Of a DNA stretch of 64,000 bases, positions 54,892 through 64,000 are shown in pieces (the first letter of the stretch is position 1; each line of letters opens with the position of its first letter). The translations under genes were made by a program, and so were the position numbers. The notes below the pieces were generated by a model. That model made no database searches, was not told the DNA's origin, and saw only the letters and a list, made by a program, of their open reading frames with translations. The DNA is taken from contig JALOTN010000004.1 in assembly GCA_025457885.1 (NCBI GenBank), positions 10,875-74,874 on the forward strand, written 5' to 3'. This stretch comes from Thermoplasmatota archaeon (GTDB taxonomy: Archaea; Thermoplasmatota; E2; DHVEG-1).

Positions 54892-55533
54892 TTAAGCGGT
54901 ATCGAGCTCTTTTCCGTAGGCGTGTTTCGGTGTAATCCCACTAGCGATCCCTGCGGCCACCGCTATTTTTACGGTATCACCGATAATGAACGGGATCAGA
55001 CCCATAAGGAGCAACCCTCCGAGATCCACTGGTGTACCACTCAAGGACAACCACCCATACAGCTGTAATAACCCAAAGCCGAAAACAATCCCAAAATTCG
55101 CAAAAAACATCAAAGCAAACATCGCCCAATACTTCCGAGAACGGACATAGGTATCCACACAATATCCCAGGAAGAAGGCAGCAAGAACAAACCCAATCAG
55201 ATACCCACCAGTAGGCCCAGCGAGATACGCAAGTCCACCATTCATACCAGCGAACCAGGGGACTCCGGCAAGACCCACACCAAGATAAATACTTTGGCTA
55301 ACGCCACCCCACCATTTTCCAAGAATCACGGCACTGAGAACCACTGCAAACGTCTGACCGGTCAGAGGAACAGGTGATCCAGGGATATAAAACCGCAGCT
55401 GAGCAAGCAAAGCGGTAAGACAAGCAAAGCTCACGGCAAGGATAACCTTGTTATACAATTCAAGTTGATAACGCCATTTAAAAAACGCGTACCGAGCATG
55501 TTTGTATTTATTTACATACATGGTTATTTCCAT
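54892..55533 (-). CDS. bioY: Biotin transporter BioY (ECF S component)
   Basis: PVPLTGQTF, YLGVGLAGVPWFAG, GPTGGYLIGF and PFIIGD..K. Confidence 0.92.
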   Translation of the reverse strand: MEITMYVNKYKHARYAFFKWRYQLELYNKVILAVSFACLTALLAQLRFYIPGSPVPLTGQTFAVVLSAVILGKWWGGVSQSIYLGVGLAGVPWFAGMNGGLAYLAGPTGGYLIGFVLAAFFLGYCVDTYVRSRKYWAMFALMFFANFGIVFGFGLLQLYGWLSLSGTPVDLGGLLLMGLIPFIIGDTVKIAVAAGIASGITPKHAYGKELDTA

Positions 55534-55745
55534 AGAAATCAACCTCTTTTTAGATAGAAAGTCAAGAGGTGTAACAAATACTGCTAAAAGAAGTTTTTGC
55601 CTCTTTTTCCGATATTTCTTAAAAACTCTAGGAGAAAAATCTGAAACAAAAACTCATCTTATCACAATCCTTTTTTAAAAAAACTTTCGCTCCTTCATCC
55701 CCTGAAGAGAAACATAATTAAAGAAATCCTACTATACGACTGCCT

Positions 55746-57014
55746 ATGTTTCAAGTACCACGAGGAACCAGAGACTTTACTCCAGAAGAAATGCAAAAAC
55801 GACGCTACCTAGAACATACCATGGCTACCACATTCACCTCCTTTGGGTACGGCGAAATCCAGACCCCTACCTTCGAAAACCAAGAACTCTTCACCGCAAA
55901 ATCCGGGGAATCTATCATCAATGAACTATACGCATTCAACGATAAAGGAGGCAGAGCACTTGCATTACGACCTGAGTTGACCGCACCAGTCATCCGCTGC
56001 TACGTTGAACGATTACAAATGGAACCCAAACCACTCAAACTCTACTACTTTGGAAACTGCTACCGATACGACCGACCACAGAAGGGACGATACCGGGAGT
56101 TCCAACAAGCGGGCTGTGAGCTCATCGGAACAGATACTCACGAAGCCACCGCTGAGTTACTCGCCCTCGCGTACACCATACTGAAAAACACAGGATTAAA
56201 AGACATCCACCTCAATATCGGCAACCTCACTATCATCAGTGCTATCTTCAGAAAACTTCATCTCCTCAAAGACGACCAAAAGATGATTCTCCCCTTGATC
56301 GACAAATCCCAATTCGATGACCTACAAATAGCGCTCCGAGATTGTAACGTCTCCGAGGAGATGATCACAACATTCCTTGATGTCCTCCAAACATCTGATA
56401 TCACCAAAATCCGTGCATTCATCGGTGATGATGCAGAAGCCAACACAGAACTATCCTCCCTGGAAACCATCCTTGATCTACTCAGAGACGCATTCCACAT
56501 CCCTGATTATGTCATCAAACTCAGTATCGTCCGAGGGTTGGATTATTACAAAGGCTTGGTCTTTGAAATCGACGCACCCGCCCTTGGGGCTGAAAAACAG
56601 CTCTGCGGAGGAGGCTCCTACGATTTAATCAGCTTATTTGGTGGAACAGCTGTCCCCACATCGGGATTCGCCATCGGATTTGACAGAACACTCCTGGCAT
56701 TAGAAGAGGAAGGTTTTCAATTTCCCACACCCAAACTTGACGTATTCGTCATCCCAGTCAATCCAACAATGAACAATACTGTAATACAGATCACCCAAAA
56801 GTTACGTTCGTTAGGGATCTCAGCGGATTTTGATCAACTCAGACGAGGAATCGGAAAATCCCTTAAATACGCGGATGCCAAACATGCAGAAAAGGTTATC
56901 ATCGTCGGGCCCAAAGAACTCGAGAACAACACTGTTACCATACGCAATATGAAAACCGGCGCCCAAGAGGTCGTCACTCTGAACGATATCTACACAAAAT
57001 TACAAAAAAGCTAA
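55746..57014 (+). CDS. hisS: Histidine--tRNA ligase
   Basis: PRGTRDF, LRPELTA, RYDRPQKGRYREF, RGLDYY and GGGSYD. Confidence 0.97.
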   Translation: MFQVPRGTRDFTPEEMQKRRYLEHTMATTFTSFGYGEIQTPTFENQELFTAKSGESIINELYAFNDKGGRALALRPELTAPVIRCYVERLQMEPKPLKLYYFGNCYRYDRPQKGRYREFQQAGCELIGTDTHEATAELLALAYTILKNTGLKDIHLNIGNLTIISAIFRKLHLLKDDQKMILPLIDKSQFDDLQIALRDCNVSEEMITTFLDVLQTSDITKIRAFIGDDAEANTELSSLETILDLLRDAFHIPDYVIKLSIVRGLDYYKGLVFEIDAPALGAEKQLCGGGSYDLISLFGGTAVPTSGFAIGFDRTLLALEEEGFQFPTPKLDVFVIPVNPTMNNTVIQITQKLRSLGISADFDQLRRGIGKSLKYADAKHAEKVIIVGPKELENNTVTIRNMKTGAQEVVTLNDIYTKLQKS

Positions 57015-57032
57015 TCCCTCCTAGGATATCAC

Positions 57033-57548
57033 ATGAAAAAGAAATTTTTTATCATTGACACCTCAGCCATTCTCTCTGGAAAACCACTCTCCTTCCCTGA
57101 TGCTACCATTATCACCTCACCAGGCGTCTCCGATGAATTTCATCCAGGAGGAAGAGATTTTCAACGATTTGAACTCCTCAAAGAAACAGGGTTAAGTATT
57201 CAAATGCCCACAAAAGACTCACTAAAAATGGTTAAACAAACAGCACAAAAAACTGGTGACGACCGACGATTATCCCCTGCTGACATTGAAATAATCGCAC
57301 TTGCCCTGGATATCAACAGAGAAGAGGGGCAAGAAGCGACTCTTCTGAGTGATGATTATTCCGTTCAAAATATCGCTTCAACCCTTCAAATAAACTACCA
57401 AGGGCTTGTACAAAAAGGAATAACAAAAAAGTTTAAATGGGTCTCTCGTTGTCCAGGGTGCGGAAAACAATTCAATGAGATAAAAAAAATCTGTCCTATC
57501 TGTGGGACCGAGACAAAAAACCATCTTTCACAGAAAAAAAAACTTTGA
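57033..57548 (+). CDS. nob1: Nob1 PIN-domain endonuclease with zinc ribbon
   Basis: IDTSA, LSPADIE, SDDYSVQN and CPGC..CPICG. Confidence 0.92.
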   Translation: MKKKFFIIDTSAILSGKPLSFPDATIITSPGVSDEFHPGGRDFQRFELLKETGLSIQMPTKDSLKMVKQTAQKTGDDRRLSPADIEIIALALDINREEGQEATLLSDDYSVQNIASTLQINYQGLVQKGITKKFKWVSRCPGCGKQFNEIKKICPICGTETKNHLSQKKKL

Positions 57549-58384
57549 TTGTGAAACAAATGAACCTAAAAGACCAGTTCATGAAATTTTGGAAAAGTGA
57601 GGATAACAAAATCTCGATCATTCGAGACGTCCTCGTCGCTCTCCTTGCGGTATTCATCATTTTAATGGTTTTATGGGGGTATACTGGTCAATGGTTCGCC
57701 GCCCCAATGGTCGCAATAGAATCTGGAAGTATGGAGCATCCCAATTCTCCTTTCGGTCGCCTCGGGACGATTGATGCAGGCGATATGGTGTTAGTCCAGA
57801 AAGTATCAAAGAAAAACGATATCGTACCCCATGGTGGGCCGGTGAAAGGTGCCGAGGCAGAGAACGGATGGCAGACCTATGGGGACTACGGAGATGTCAT
57901 TATCTACAAACCACTTGGTCGAACCGATGTTTCGCAGATTATCCATCGGGCGATGTGCTGGGTGGATGTCTATCAAACAAACGGTGTTATCACCTACACA
58001 GTCGCGGATTATGGAATCTATAATCAAACAAGTCTCACGATTGAGCATTTAGGATTATTCAATAGAAATCCCGGTTGGAGCCACTCAGGGTATCTGACAA
58101 AAGGAGATAACAATGAGATAATTGACCAGGTCACGGATATTTGCCCAGAACCTGTTCAAGTCGATTGGATCTCTGGGAAAGCTCGACTTGAAATCCCCTG
58201 GCTTGGAGCAATCAATCTGTTTTTTGAGGATATTCTGCATGGAAAGAATACCATCGGAAATGTCCATCAGGATAGTCTTATCTGTCTTGGTGTTGTGATT
58301 GCTGTCCTTGTCTCTATACCAATCACCCTTGATGTCTATGATTATGTGAAGAAACGTAAAAAAAATGAGGTAAAAAACGAATAA
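57545..58384 (+). CDS. Signal peptidase I, archaeal S26/Sec11 type
   Basis: ESGSM, GDMV, GDVIIY, IIHRA and TKGDNN; TM segments at both ends. Confidence 0.9.
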   Translation: MIVKQMNLKDQFMKFWKSEDNKISIIRDVLVALLAVFIILMVLWGYTGQWFAAPMVAIESGSMEHPNSPFGRLGTIDAGDMVLVQKVSKKNDIVPHGGPVKGAEAENGWQTYGDYGDVIIYKPLGRTDVSQIIHRAMCWVDVYQTNGVITYTVADYGIYNQTSLTIEHLGLFNRNPGWSHSGYLTKGDNNEIIDQVTDICPEPVQVDWISGKARLEIPWLGAINLFFEDILHGKNTIGNVHQDSLICLGVVIAVLVSIPITLDVYDYVKKRKKNEVKNE

Positions 58385-58442
58385 CTTTCCCCTGAGAACA
58401 TCATCTTACTTTTCCAAGGATTTTGTCTTTGTTCATTTTTTT

Positions 58443-61154
58443 TTAAAAATGCTCGATTGAATCAAACACCTGCCATTCTACAAACTCTGTGCATTCTGCT
58501 ATTATTCTTTGGGCATTTTTCTTTTTTAAACCGGTTTTCATGAGGTCTTTGACGGTTGCTGAACGAAGCTTCTCAATACTTGTATATCCTGAGTTGCTCA
58601 GAATTCCAGCGGTCTCTTGATCAATACTATCAAAGGCGACGAACGGATCGTTTCGCTCAGCAACGGGGTTCGTTAATTTTTCCTTTATGATTTCTTCTTT
58701 CATATGGAGATCCATTTTTTTCCTTGCTTTCTCCTCAGCCTTCGATTGGTATCTCTGTTCTTCTTTCTCTCTCTTTTTTTGTTCTTTTTGCATCTTTCGT
58801 TCAAATGCTTTTGTTTTTCGGAGTTCCTTTTCTTCTGCAGCTATGCGTACTAAATCCATCGTTTGTTTCTGTTGTTCTACAACTTTACGTTCATCGATGA
58901 GTTTTGTCTCTTTCGTTTTTCCAAAAGATAATCTGCTGATTTGTTGCTTGTCTTTTTTCTGTTCAATGAGTTTTTGCTGCTGTTCCTTCTTTTCCTTTTC
59001 TTTTGCTTCAAATTCCATTATCGCGATTTTTCGTTTTTCTATTTTTTGTTCCTCTTTGAGGCGTTTTTTTGCCTCACGTTCTTTTTCCTCTGCTTGTTTT
59101 TTTAGGAGTTTTTCATCTGTTATTTTCTGTTTCCAAGCTTCATTGCCTCCCTTTGGTGCCTTGAAAAGTGTTTGACGTTGTTTCTCTTCTAGTTTCTTCT
59201 GGAGTTGCTGTTCTTTTTCTTTCTTTTTTAACTCCAGGCGTTCTCGATAGGCTTTTTCTTTTTGCTCCTTTTGCAGATGTTTCTGATCTTTTCTTTTTTC
59301 TTTTTCTATCTGTTTTAGTTTTTCTTTTTCTAATACGTGGTCGTGAATAGCTGATGGATGATGTTTAAGGTCTTGTGGTGTCTCTTCCTTAGTGGTTTTT
59401 TCCTGGGGAAGTGTTTTTCGTTCTTCTTTTTTAGCGCCAAAGAACGATTTATGTACTTTTTCTGGTTTTTCTTTTGTGAAAACAGGGGGTTTCGGGAGGG
59501 GTTGTTCTTGTGTGGTGCTATCTGGTGATGGCGCAAGAGGTGTCTTTTTTTCTTTCGTTATCTTTTCATGTTTTTGTTTTTCCTTTTTGTGTCGTTCGGT
59601 AAGTTCGATGTGCGATTTTTCTTCCATTTCCTTTAGGAGTCGCTGTTCCTCCTGTTGTTTTTGTTTGACTTGGGCTGCGGTGTGTTTCTCTTGGATTTCT
59701 TTTTGTTCTTGTTCTTCCCGTTGTTTTTGTTTTGTTTGTAATGTTTCAAGTCTGATTTGTATTTCTTTTTGTTTTGCCTGTCTTTTTTCTTCTATGGCTT
59801 TTTGTTTTGCATCCTGTTTTGCTTTTTTTGCCTCAAGTTTCTTTTGCTTTCTTTCTTCTTTTTCTTTTTTAAGCATCGCAGCCTGTTCGAGCCGGAGTTT
59901 TGCTTCCCGTTCTTTTAAGAGGCGTTGTTCTTCCTGTTCTTTTTGTTTCGTTTCGACTGCTGCTTTTTTCAACTCGAAATCCTTTTGTTTTTGGGCCTGT
60001 TTTTGTTTATGTTGAAACTCTATCCATTCGAGTTTCAATTTTCGGTCATGTTCTTTCGCAAGCCGTTTTGCCTCCCGTTTCTTTTTTCCTACCTCGAGGC
60101 GTGCTGTTCTTTCATTTATCTTTTTTTGTTTCCGGTCTTCTTTTTCCTTTTTTTGCCGTTCGATGATTTCAAGTTTGGATTTTTTCTCTAGTTCTTTTTG
60201 AAGGTGTTGTTCTTCTTTTTCTTTTTGTTCTGCTTGGGCGAATTTTTGTTTTAACTCCAGTGTTTTTTGTGTCTTTTCCTGTTGTTGTTTTTGTTTTGCT
60301 TCTATGGTTTCAATTTTGAGTTGTTTTTCTTTTTCTTTTGCCTGATGTTTTGCCTCTTTTTCTTTTCGTTTTTCTTCAAGTCTTGTTTTTTTCTCTTCGA
60401 TTTTCTTTTGATGAGACGCCTCAGGTGCTGTTGGTGGATGTTCAAGTGGGACGGAGGCTTTTTTTTCTGTGGTGACTGCTTGGAATTCCACTGGCTCTGC
60501 AGGTGGTGGTTCTGTGTGTTGTTTGGTCGGTATGGAGAAAAACTCTTTTTTTTCTTCTTTTAAGGGAACGGCTTGTAAAAATTCCTTCTTTTTTGGTGTT
60601 GGTTCGATTGTAACGTGAGGTCCTCCGATGGCTGGTTCGTTTGAGACAGGTTGGAACTCCGGGAGGTTTTCTTCTTGACTTCGGGAGGTTTTTATTGGGA
60701 TGAATTCCTTTTGTTTCGGTTGTTTCTTTCGCCGTGTTTCTTGCGTTGTTTTCGCTGGTTTTTTCTTACTGGAAGTGATTTTTTCAATATCAAAGAGGGG
60801 TTCTTTCGCAAACGGGTCTTCCTTTACTGGTAGAAAATTGACGGGAGGTGGTGCTTGGGTTTTTTGTGTTGGTCGTGGACCGAGGTCAATTTGAATGACT
60901 CGTTCCTCCTTTTTCTGGGGTTCTTGTTGTTTTCGGAGGGCGACTCGTGGTTGGAGTCCTTCAGACTGGGGGTGCTTTGGGATGGAAGCCTGTGCTGATG
61001 GTCGATTGGTGTCCTCAGAGAGTTTTTTTCGTAACTCGTTGAGTTTTTCTGTTTCCTGCGGGGATAAGGTTCTTTGTTTTGGTAACGAGGCACTATCAAT
61101 TAATTCGTGCAACTTCTCAATGTCTTTTACTCGTGTTTTTCTCTCTCGCACCAT
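58443..61154 (-). CDS. 903-aa K/E/Q-rich coiled-coil protein with a C-terminal HhH domain
   Basis: Long uninterrupted ORF with a P-rich disordered N-terminal part, about 550 aa of charged helix, and FDSIDQETA..GYTSIEKL..TGLKKKNA at the C-terminus. Confidence 0.8.
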   Translation of the reverse strand: MVRERKTRVKDIEKLHELIDSASLPKQRTLSPQETEKLNELRKKLSEDTNRPSAQASIPKHPQSEGLQPRVALRKQQEPQKKEERVIQIDLGPRPTQKTQAPPPVNFLPVKEDPFAKEPLFDIEKITSSKKKPAKTTQETRRKKQPKQKEFIPIKTSRSQEENLPEFQPVSNEPAIGGPHVTIEPTPKKKEFLQAVPLKEEKKEFFSIPTKQHTEPPPAEPVEFQAVTTEKKASVPLEHPPTAPEASHQKKIEEKKTRLEEKRKEKEAKHQAKEKEKQLKIETIEAKQKQQQEKTQKTLELKQKFAQAEQKEKEEQHLQKELEKKSKLEIIERQKKEKEDRKQKKINERTARLEVGKKKREAKRLAKEHDRKLKLEWIEFQHKQKQAQKQKDFELKKAAVETKQKEQEEQRLLKEREAKLRLEQAAMLKKEKEERKQKKLEAKKAKQDAKQKAIEEKRQAKQKEIQIRLETLQTKQKQREEQEQKEIQEKHTAAQVKQKQQEEQRLLKEMEEKSHIELTERHKKEKQKHEKITKEKKTPLAPSPDSTTQEQPLPKPPVFTKEKPEKVHKSFFGAKKEERKTLPQEKTTKEETPQDLKHHPSAIHDHVLEKEKLKQIEKEKRKDQKHLQKEQKEKAYRERLELKKKEKEQQLQKKLEEKQRQTLFKAPKGGNEAWKQKITDEKLLKKQAEEKEREAKKRLKEEQKIEKRKIAIMEFEAKEKEKKEQQQKLIEQKKDKQQISRLSFGKTKETKLIDERKVVEQQKQTMDLVRIAAEEKELRKTKAFERKMQKEQKKREKEEQRYQSKAEEKARKKMDLHMKEEIIKEKLTNPVAERNDPFVAFDSIDQETAGILSNSGYTSIEKLRSATVKDLMKTGLKKKNAQRIIAECTEFVEWQVFDSIEHF

Positions 61155-61238
61155 CGGCCTTGAAAAGTGTTGTCCCGTATTAATAAATTTTCCTAAAAAA
61201 AACTATAGTTGTATAACCAATAAGGTTTCTTCTGTGTT

Positions 61239-61925
61239 TCATCTCATTTTGTAGGGGACTGGGTCTTTTTGGTGTGCCTCCTGAAATCCTTTGAGGCGTA
61301 ACTGACAGGAATCACATCGTCCGCATGCTTTGGTTCCACCTCGATAACAGGACCAGGTTTTTGAGAAGGGAACCTTTAATCGTGCTCCTTTTTTGACGAT
61401 TTGTGCTTTTGAGAGATGGAGAAGGGGTGCTTTGATGCGTACTGGTTTTCCCTTGACTCCTTGGCATGTTGCGACACGGGCGAGCTGTTGAATTATCTGG
61501 ATATAGCGTGGTCGACAATCTGGGTAGGCGGAGTAATCAACCGCATTGACACCTATGAAGATTGCCTCTGCGTTAATGGTCTCTGCATAGGCGAGTGCAT
61601 AGGAAAGGAAGATGGTGTTTCGTCCAGGGACATAGGTGGTAGGGATGGTCCTTCCGATTTCATTTATCGGATGGTTCGGGATCGTCTCAGGGGATGAGGC
61701 AAGCAGGGAGGATCTACCGATTTTCTGAAGATCAATTGATAAAATGAGATGGTTTTTCGCCCCGACTGCAGTGCTTATTTTTTTTGCGCACGTGAGTTCT
61801 TTTGTGTGTCGTTGACCGTAACGAAATGACAATGCGTAGATATCATAACCTTGTTTTTTTGCGATAAAAGCCGTCACCGCGGAATCAAGACCACCGGAGA
61901 GGAGACAGACCGCTTTTTTTGTCAT
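61239..61925 (-). CDS. queC: 7-cyano-7-deazaguanine synthase
   Basis: SGGLDS, YGQRH, TYVPGRN, YPDCR and TWSCY..CGRCDSC. Confidence 0.97.
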   Translation of the reverse strand: MTKKAVCLLSGGLDSAVTAFIAKKQGYDIYALSFRYGQRHTKELTCAKKISTAVGAKNHLILSIDLQKIGRSSLLASSPETIPNHPINEIGRTIPTTYVPGRNTIFLSYALAYAETINAEAIFIGVNAVDYSAYPDCRPRYIQIIQQLARVATCQGVKGKPVRIKAPLLHLSKAQIVKKGARLKVPFSKTWSCYRGGTKACGRCDSCQLRLKGFQEAHQKDPVPYKMR

Positions 61926-61928
61926 GGG

Positions 61929-63098
61929 TTATCGGTTCCAGAGCGGTGACATGGTTCGGAGTCGTTCGACAATCTGAGGGAGCATCTGGGAGACGGTTGT
62001 TATTTCTTCTTTGGTGTTTTCTCTTCCTAGGGAGAGTCGTAATGACCCGTGCGCTTGGACTGGGTCTAGGCCGATGGCAAGCAGCACATGTGATGCTTGG
62101 AGTTTCTTTGATGAGCATGCTGAACCGGTGGAGGTAGCAATCCCTTGTTCATCTAATCCGAGTAGTAATGATTCTCCTTCGATACCGGTGAAACGGAAGT
62201 GAGCGTTGTTGATTAGTCGTTTCTCTGGATGCCCGTTGAGATAGCTTTCTTCGATCTGCAAGATATTTTTTATGAGAGTATCTCGTAGTGTTTTCATTTT
62301 GCTGTTATCCGCTGTCATTCTTTTTTTGGCAAGTTCGCAGGCTTTCCCAAGACCGACAATCCCGGGGGTGTTAAGGGTGCTGCTGCGGATCCCTTTTTCA
62401 TGTCCGCCTCCATGGATGATGGGTTGGATTTTGATGCCATTGCGGATATAGAGTGCTCCGATTCCTTTTGGTCCGTAGATTTTATGGGAAGAAAGTGCGA
62501 GCATGTCGATATGTTGTTTTTTGACATCGATGGGGATTTTTGTAACCGCTTGCACAGCATCCGTATGGAGGGTTATTTCGTGTTCGTGTGCTATTTTGCC
62601 GATTTCCTCGATTGGCTCAATGGTACCAATCTCATTGTTCGCATACATGAATGTAAGAAGGAACGTGTTTTTTGAGATTGATTCTTTTAGGGTTTCCAAG
62701 TCGATTAATCCTTGGTGGTCAACGGGGAGGTATTTCACCTGGAAACCTTGTGTCTCCAGATGGTGGCATACTTCTAGGACTCCGGGGTGTTCGATGGTTG
62801 AGGTGATGATATGGGGTCCTTTTGACGTTCGTTTATCTTTGTGTTGATACGCAAGTCCTTTGATTGCAAGGTTGTCTGACTCGGTTCCTCCTGCGGTGAA
62901 GATGATCTCATCCTCACGTGCGCCAAGGATGTCCCCGACATTTGCTCGTGCGATGTCGATTGCTTCTCTTGCTTCCCGACCATAGGCATGGATAGAAGAT
63001 GGGTTCCCAAAGTGTGTTGAGAAATAGGGAAGCATCGCGTTGATGACTTCTTCATCGACTTTTGTGGTGGATGCATGATCAAGGAAAATTCGTTTCAT
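61929..63098 (-). CDS. iscS: Cysteine desulfurase, IscS/NifS group I
   Basis: LDHASTT, GNPSS, NNEIG, SSHKIYGPKG and STGSACSS. Confidence 0.95.
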   Translation of the reverse strand: MKRIFLDHASTTKVDEEVINAMLPYFSTHFGNPSSIHAYGREAREAIDIARANVGDILGAREDEIIFTAGGTESDNLAIKGLAYQHKDKRTSKGPHIITSTIEHPGVLEVCHHLETQGFQVKYLPVDHQGLIDLETLKESISKNTFLLTFMYANNEIGTIEPIEEIGKIAHEHEITLHTDAVQAVTKIPIDVKKQHIDMLALSSHKIYGPKGIGALYIRNGIKIQPIIHGGGHEKGIRSSTLNTPGIVGLGKACELAKKRMTADNSKMKTLRDTLIKNILQIEESYLNGHPEKRLINNAHFRFTGIEGESLLLGLDEQGIATSTGSACSSKKLQASHVLLAIGLDPVQAHGSLRLSLGRENTKEEITTVSQMLPQIVERLRTMSPLWNR

Positions 63099-63109
63099 TC
63101 TTCATCACC

Positions 63110-64000
63110 TTATTTCATATCCATCATTCGTTGTAATGGGATGCGTGCTCTTCGCATGATTTCATCAGAGAGATGGATCTTTGGTTCGAGAGTCTGTAGG
63201 CTTTTTAATACTTTTTCCAAGGTTGTTTTTTTCATATTTGGGCAGATTGCTGTTGAGATGGGATAGAATTTCTTCCCGGGGTTTTCCTTTTCGAGTCGAT
63301 AGCATAACCCTTGTTCTGTGCCGATGATGAATTCTTTTTTTGGTGAGGTTTTCACATGATCTACCATGCCATTGGTGGAGAATGCATGGTCCGCTAGTTT
63401 GATGATGTCTGGTTGGCATTCTGGATGGACCAATAATTCCGCCTCAGGATGTTGTTGTTTCAGGAGTAGAATCTCCTCTTTTTTAATATCATGATGAGTA
63501 CGACAGACCCCTGGCCAGAGGATCATTTCTTTCTTAGGAACCTGTGATTGAATATACAGTCCGAGGTTTCGATCAGGGACAAAGATTATTTTTTTCGATG
63601 CTCTGCTTTTTACGATTTTTACTCCGTTTGCCGAGGTACAGCAGATATCTGCGAGTGCTTTGACATCCGCAGTCGTGTTGATGTAGGCGACGACCTCCCC
63701 ATCAGGATGTTCTTTTTTCAGCCATCCAAGGCTTTCTGCATCGACCATTTCTGCCATGGGGCAATTCGCTGTTTTATCCGGGAGAAGAACGGTTTTCTCT
63801 GGATTCAGGATTTTGGCGGCTTCAGCCATGAAATCAACACCACAGAACACGATGACGTTTGCCTCTGTTTTCGTTGCTTTTAACGATAGGTCCAGCGAGT
63901 CACCAACAAAATCTGCAATATCCTGGACCTCTGGTCGTTGGTAATTATGGGCAAGGATGACTGCGTTGTGTGTTTTTTTCAATTTTTCTATCTGTTGAAC
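63110..64000 (-). CDS. nadA: Quinolinate synthase; 5' end lies outside the window
   Basis: ILAHNYQ, GDSL, FCGVDFMAE, CPMA, CTSAN, HPEC and CPNMK; the frame is open to the window edge. Confidence 0.96.
   Translation of the reverse strand, partial: VQQIEKLKKTHNAVILAHNYQRPEVQDIADFVGDSLDLSLKATKTEANVIVFCGVDFMAEAAKILNPEKTVLLPDKTANCPMAEMVDAESLGWLKKEHPDGEVVAYINTTADVKALADICCTSANGVKIVKSRASKKIIFVPDRNLGLYIQSQVPKKEMILWPGVCRTHHDIKKEEILLLKQQHPEAELLVHPECQPDIIKLADHAFSTNGMVDHVKTSPKKEFIIGTEQGLCYRLEKENPGKKFYPISTAICPNMKKTTLEKVLKSLQTLEPKIHLSDEIMRRARIPLQRMMDMK

Noticed and set aside
58687-61254. Long F/S/C-rich ORFs on the plus strand, and similar antisense ORFs over the ribosomal genes
   Set aside because: Shadow frames of K/E-rich or conserved genes on the opposite strand.
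61239-64000. queC as part of a DNA 7-deazaguanine (dpd) modification system
   Set aside because: No dpdA or other dpd genes; arcS in the same window explains queC through tRNA archaeosine. iscS beside the Fe-S enzyme nadA is ordinary.
1-64000. tRNA, rRNA, IS elements, prophage or defence genes
   Set aside because: None recognised by eye in the intergenic gaps or ORFs; tRNAscan-SE or Infernal would be needed to exclude small RNAs.

Overview
Archaeal chromosomal window. The evidence is archaeal-type ribosomal proteins (eS4, eL19, eL32), Rpo6, Rpp29, aIF1/SUI1, ArcS, Nob1, TATA-type promoters and poly-T terminators. Gene content and protein style point to Thermoplasmatota, probably the sediment lineage E2/DHVEG-1/MBG-D; that assignment is inference. 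The right half is mostly housekeeping: arcS, purH, rps2-rpoK, the rpl3-to-rpl30 ribosomal superoperon, pstSCAB, bioY, hisS, nob1, signal peptidase, queC, iscS and a truncated nadA. The left half has two notable accessory systems. (1) A light/photoprotection island at about 3.8-13.5 kb: lycopene cyclase, crtI, crtB, a DUF523-DUF1722 (TudS/RudS-like) gene, a class II CPD photolyase and a heliorhodopsin with an N-terminal zinc ribbon. No retinal-forming dioxygenase is visible in the window. (2) A tightly coupled operon hemK2-mtrA-like-mtrH-like-core metE-DUF4346, which looks like a self-contained corrinoid methyl relay for methionine synthesis without the membrane Mtr pump. Smaller observations: the same HhH module on uS3, eL32 and a 903-aa coiled-coil protein; a shared unannotated module in two secreted proteins; unannotated small ORFs; and several candidate regulatory repeats or hairpins. 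No CRISPR array, rRNA, tRNA or transposase was recognised. All calls come from motif recognition by eye, with no database searches.
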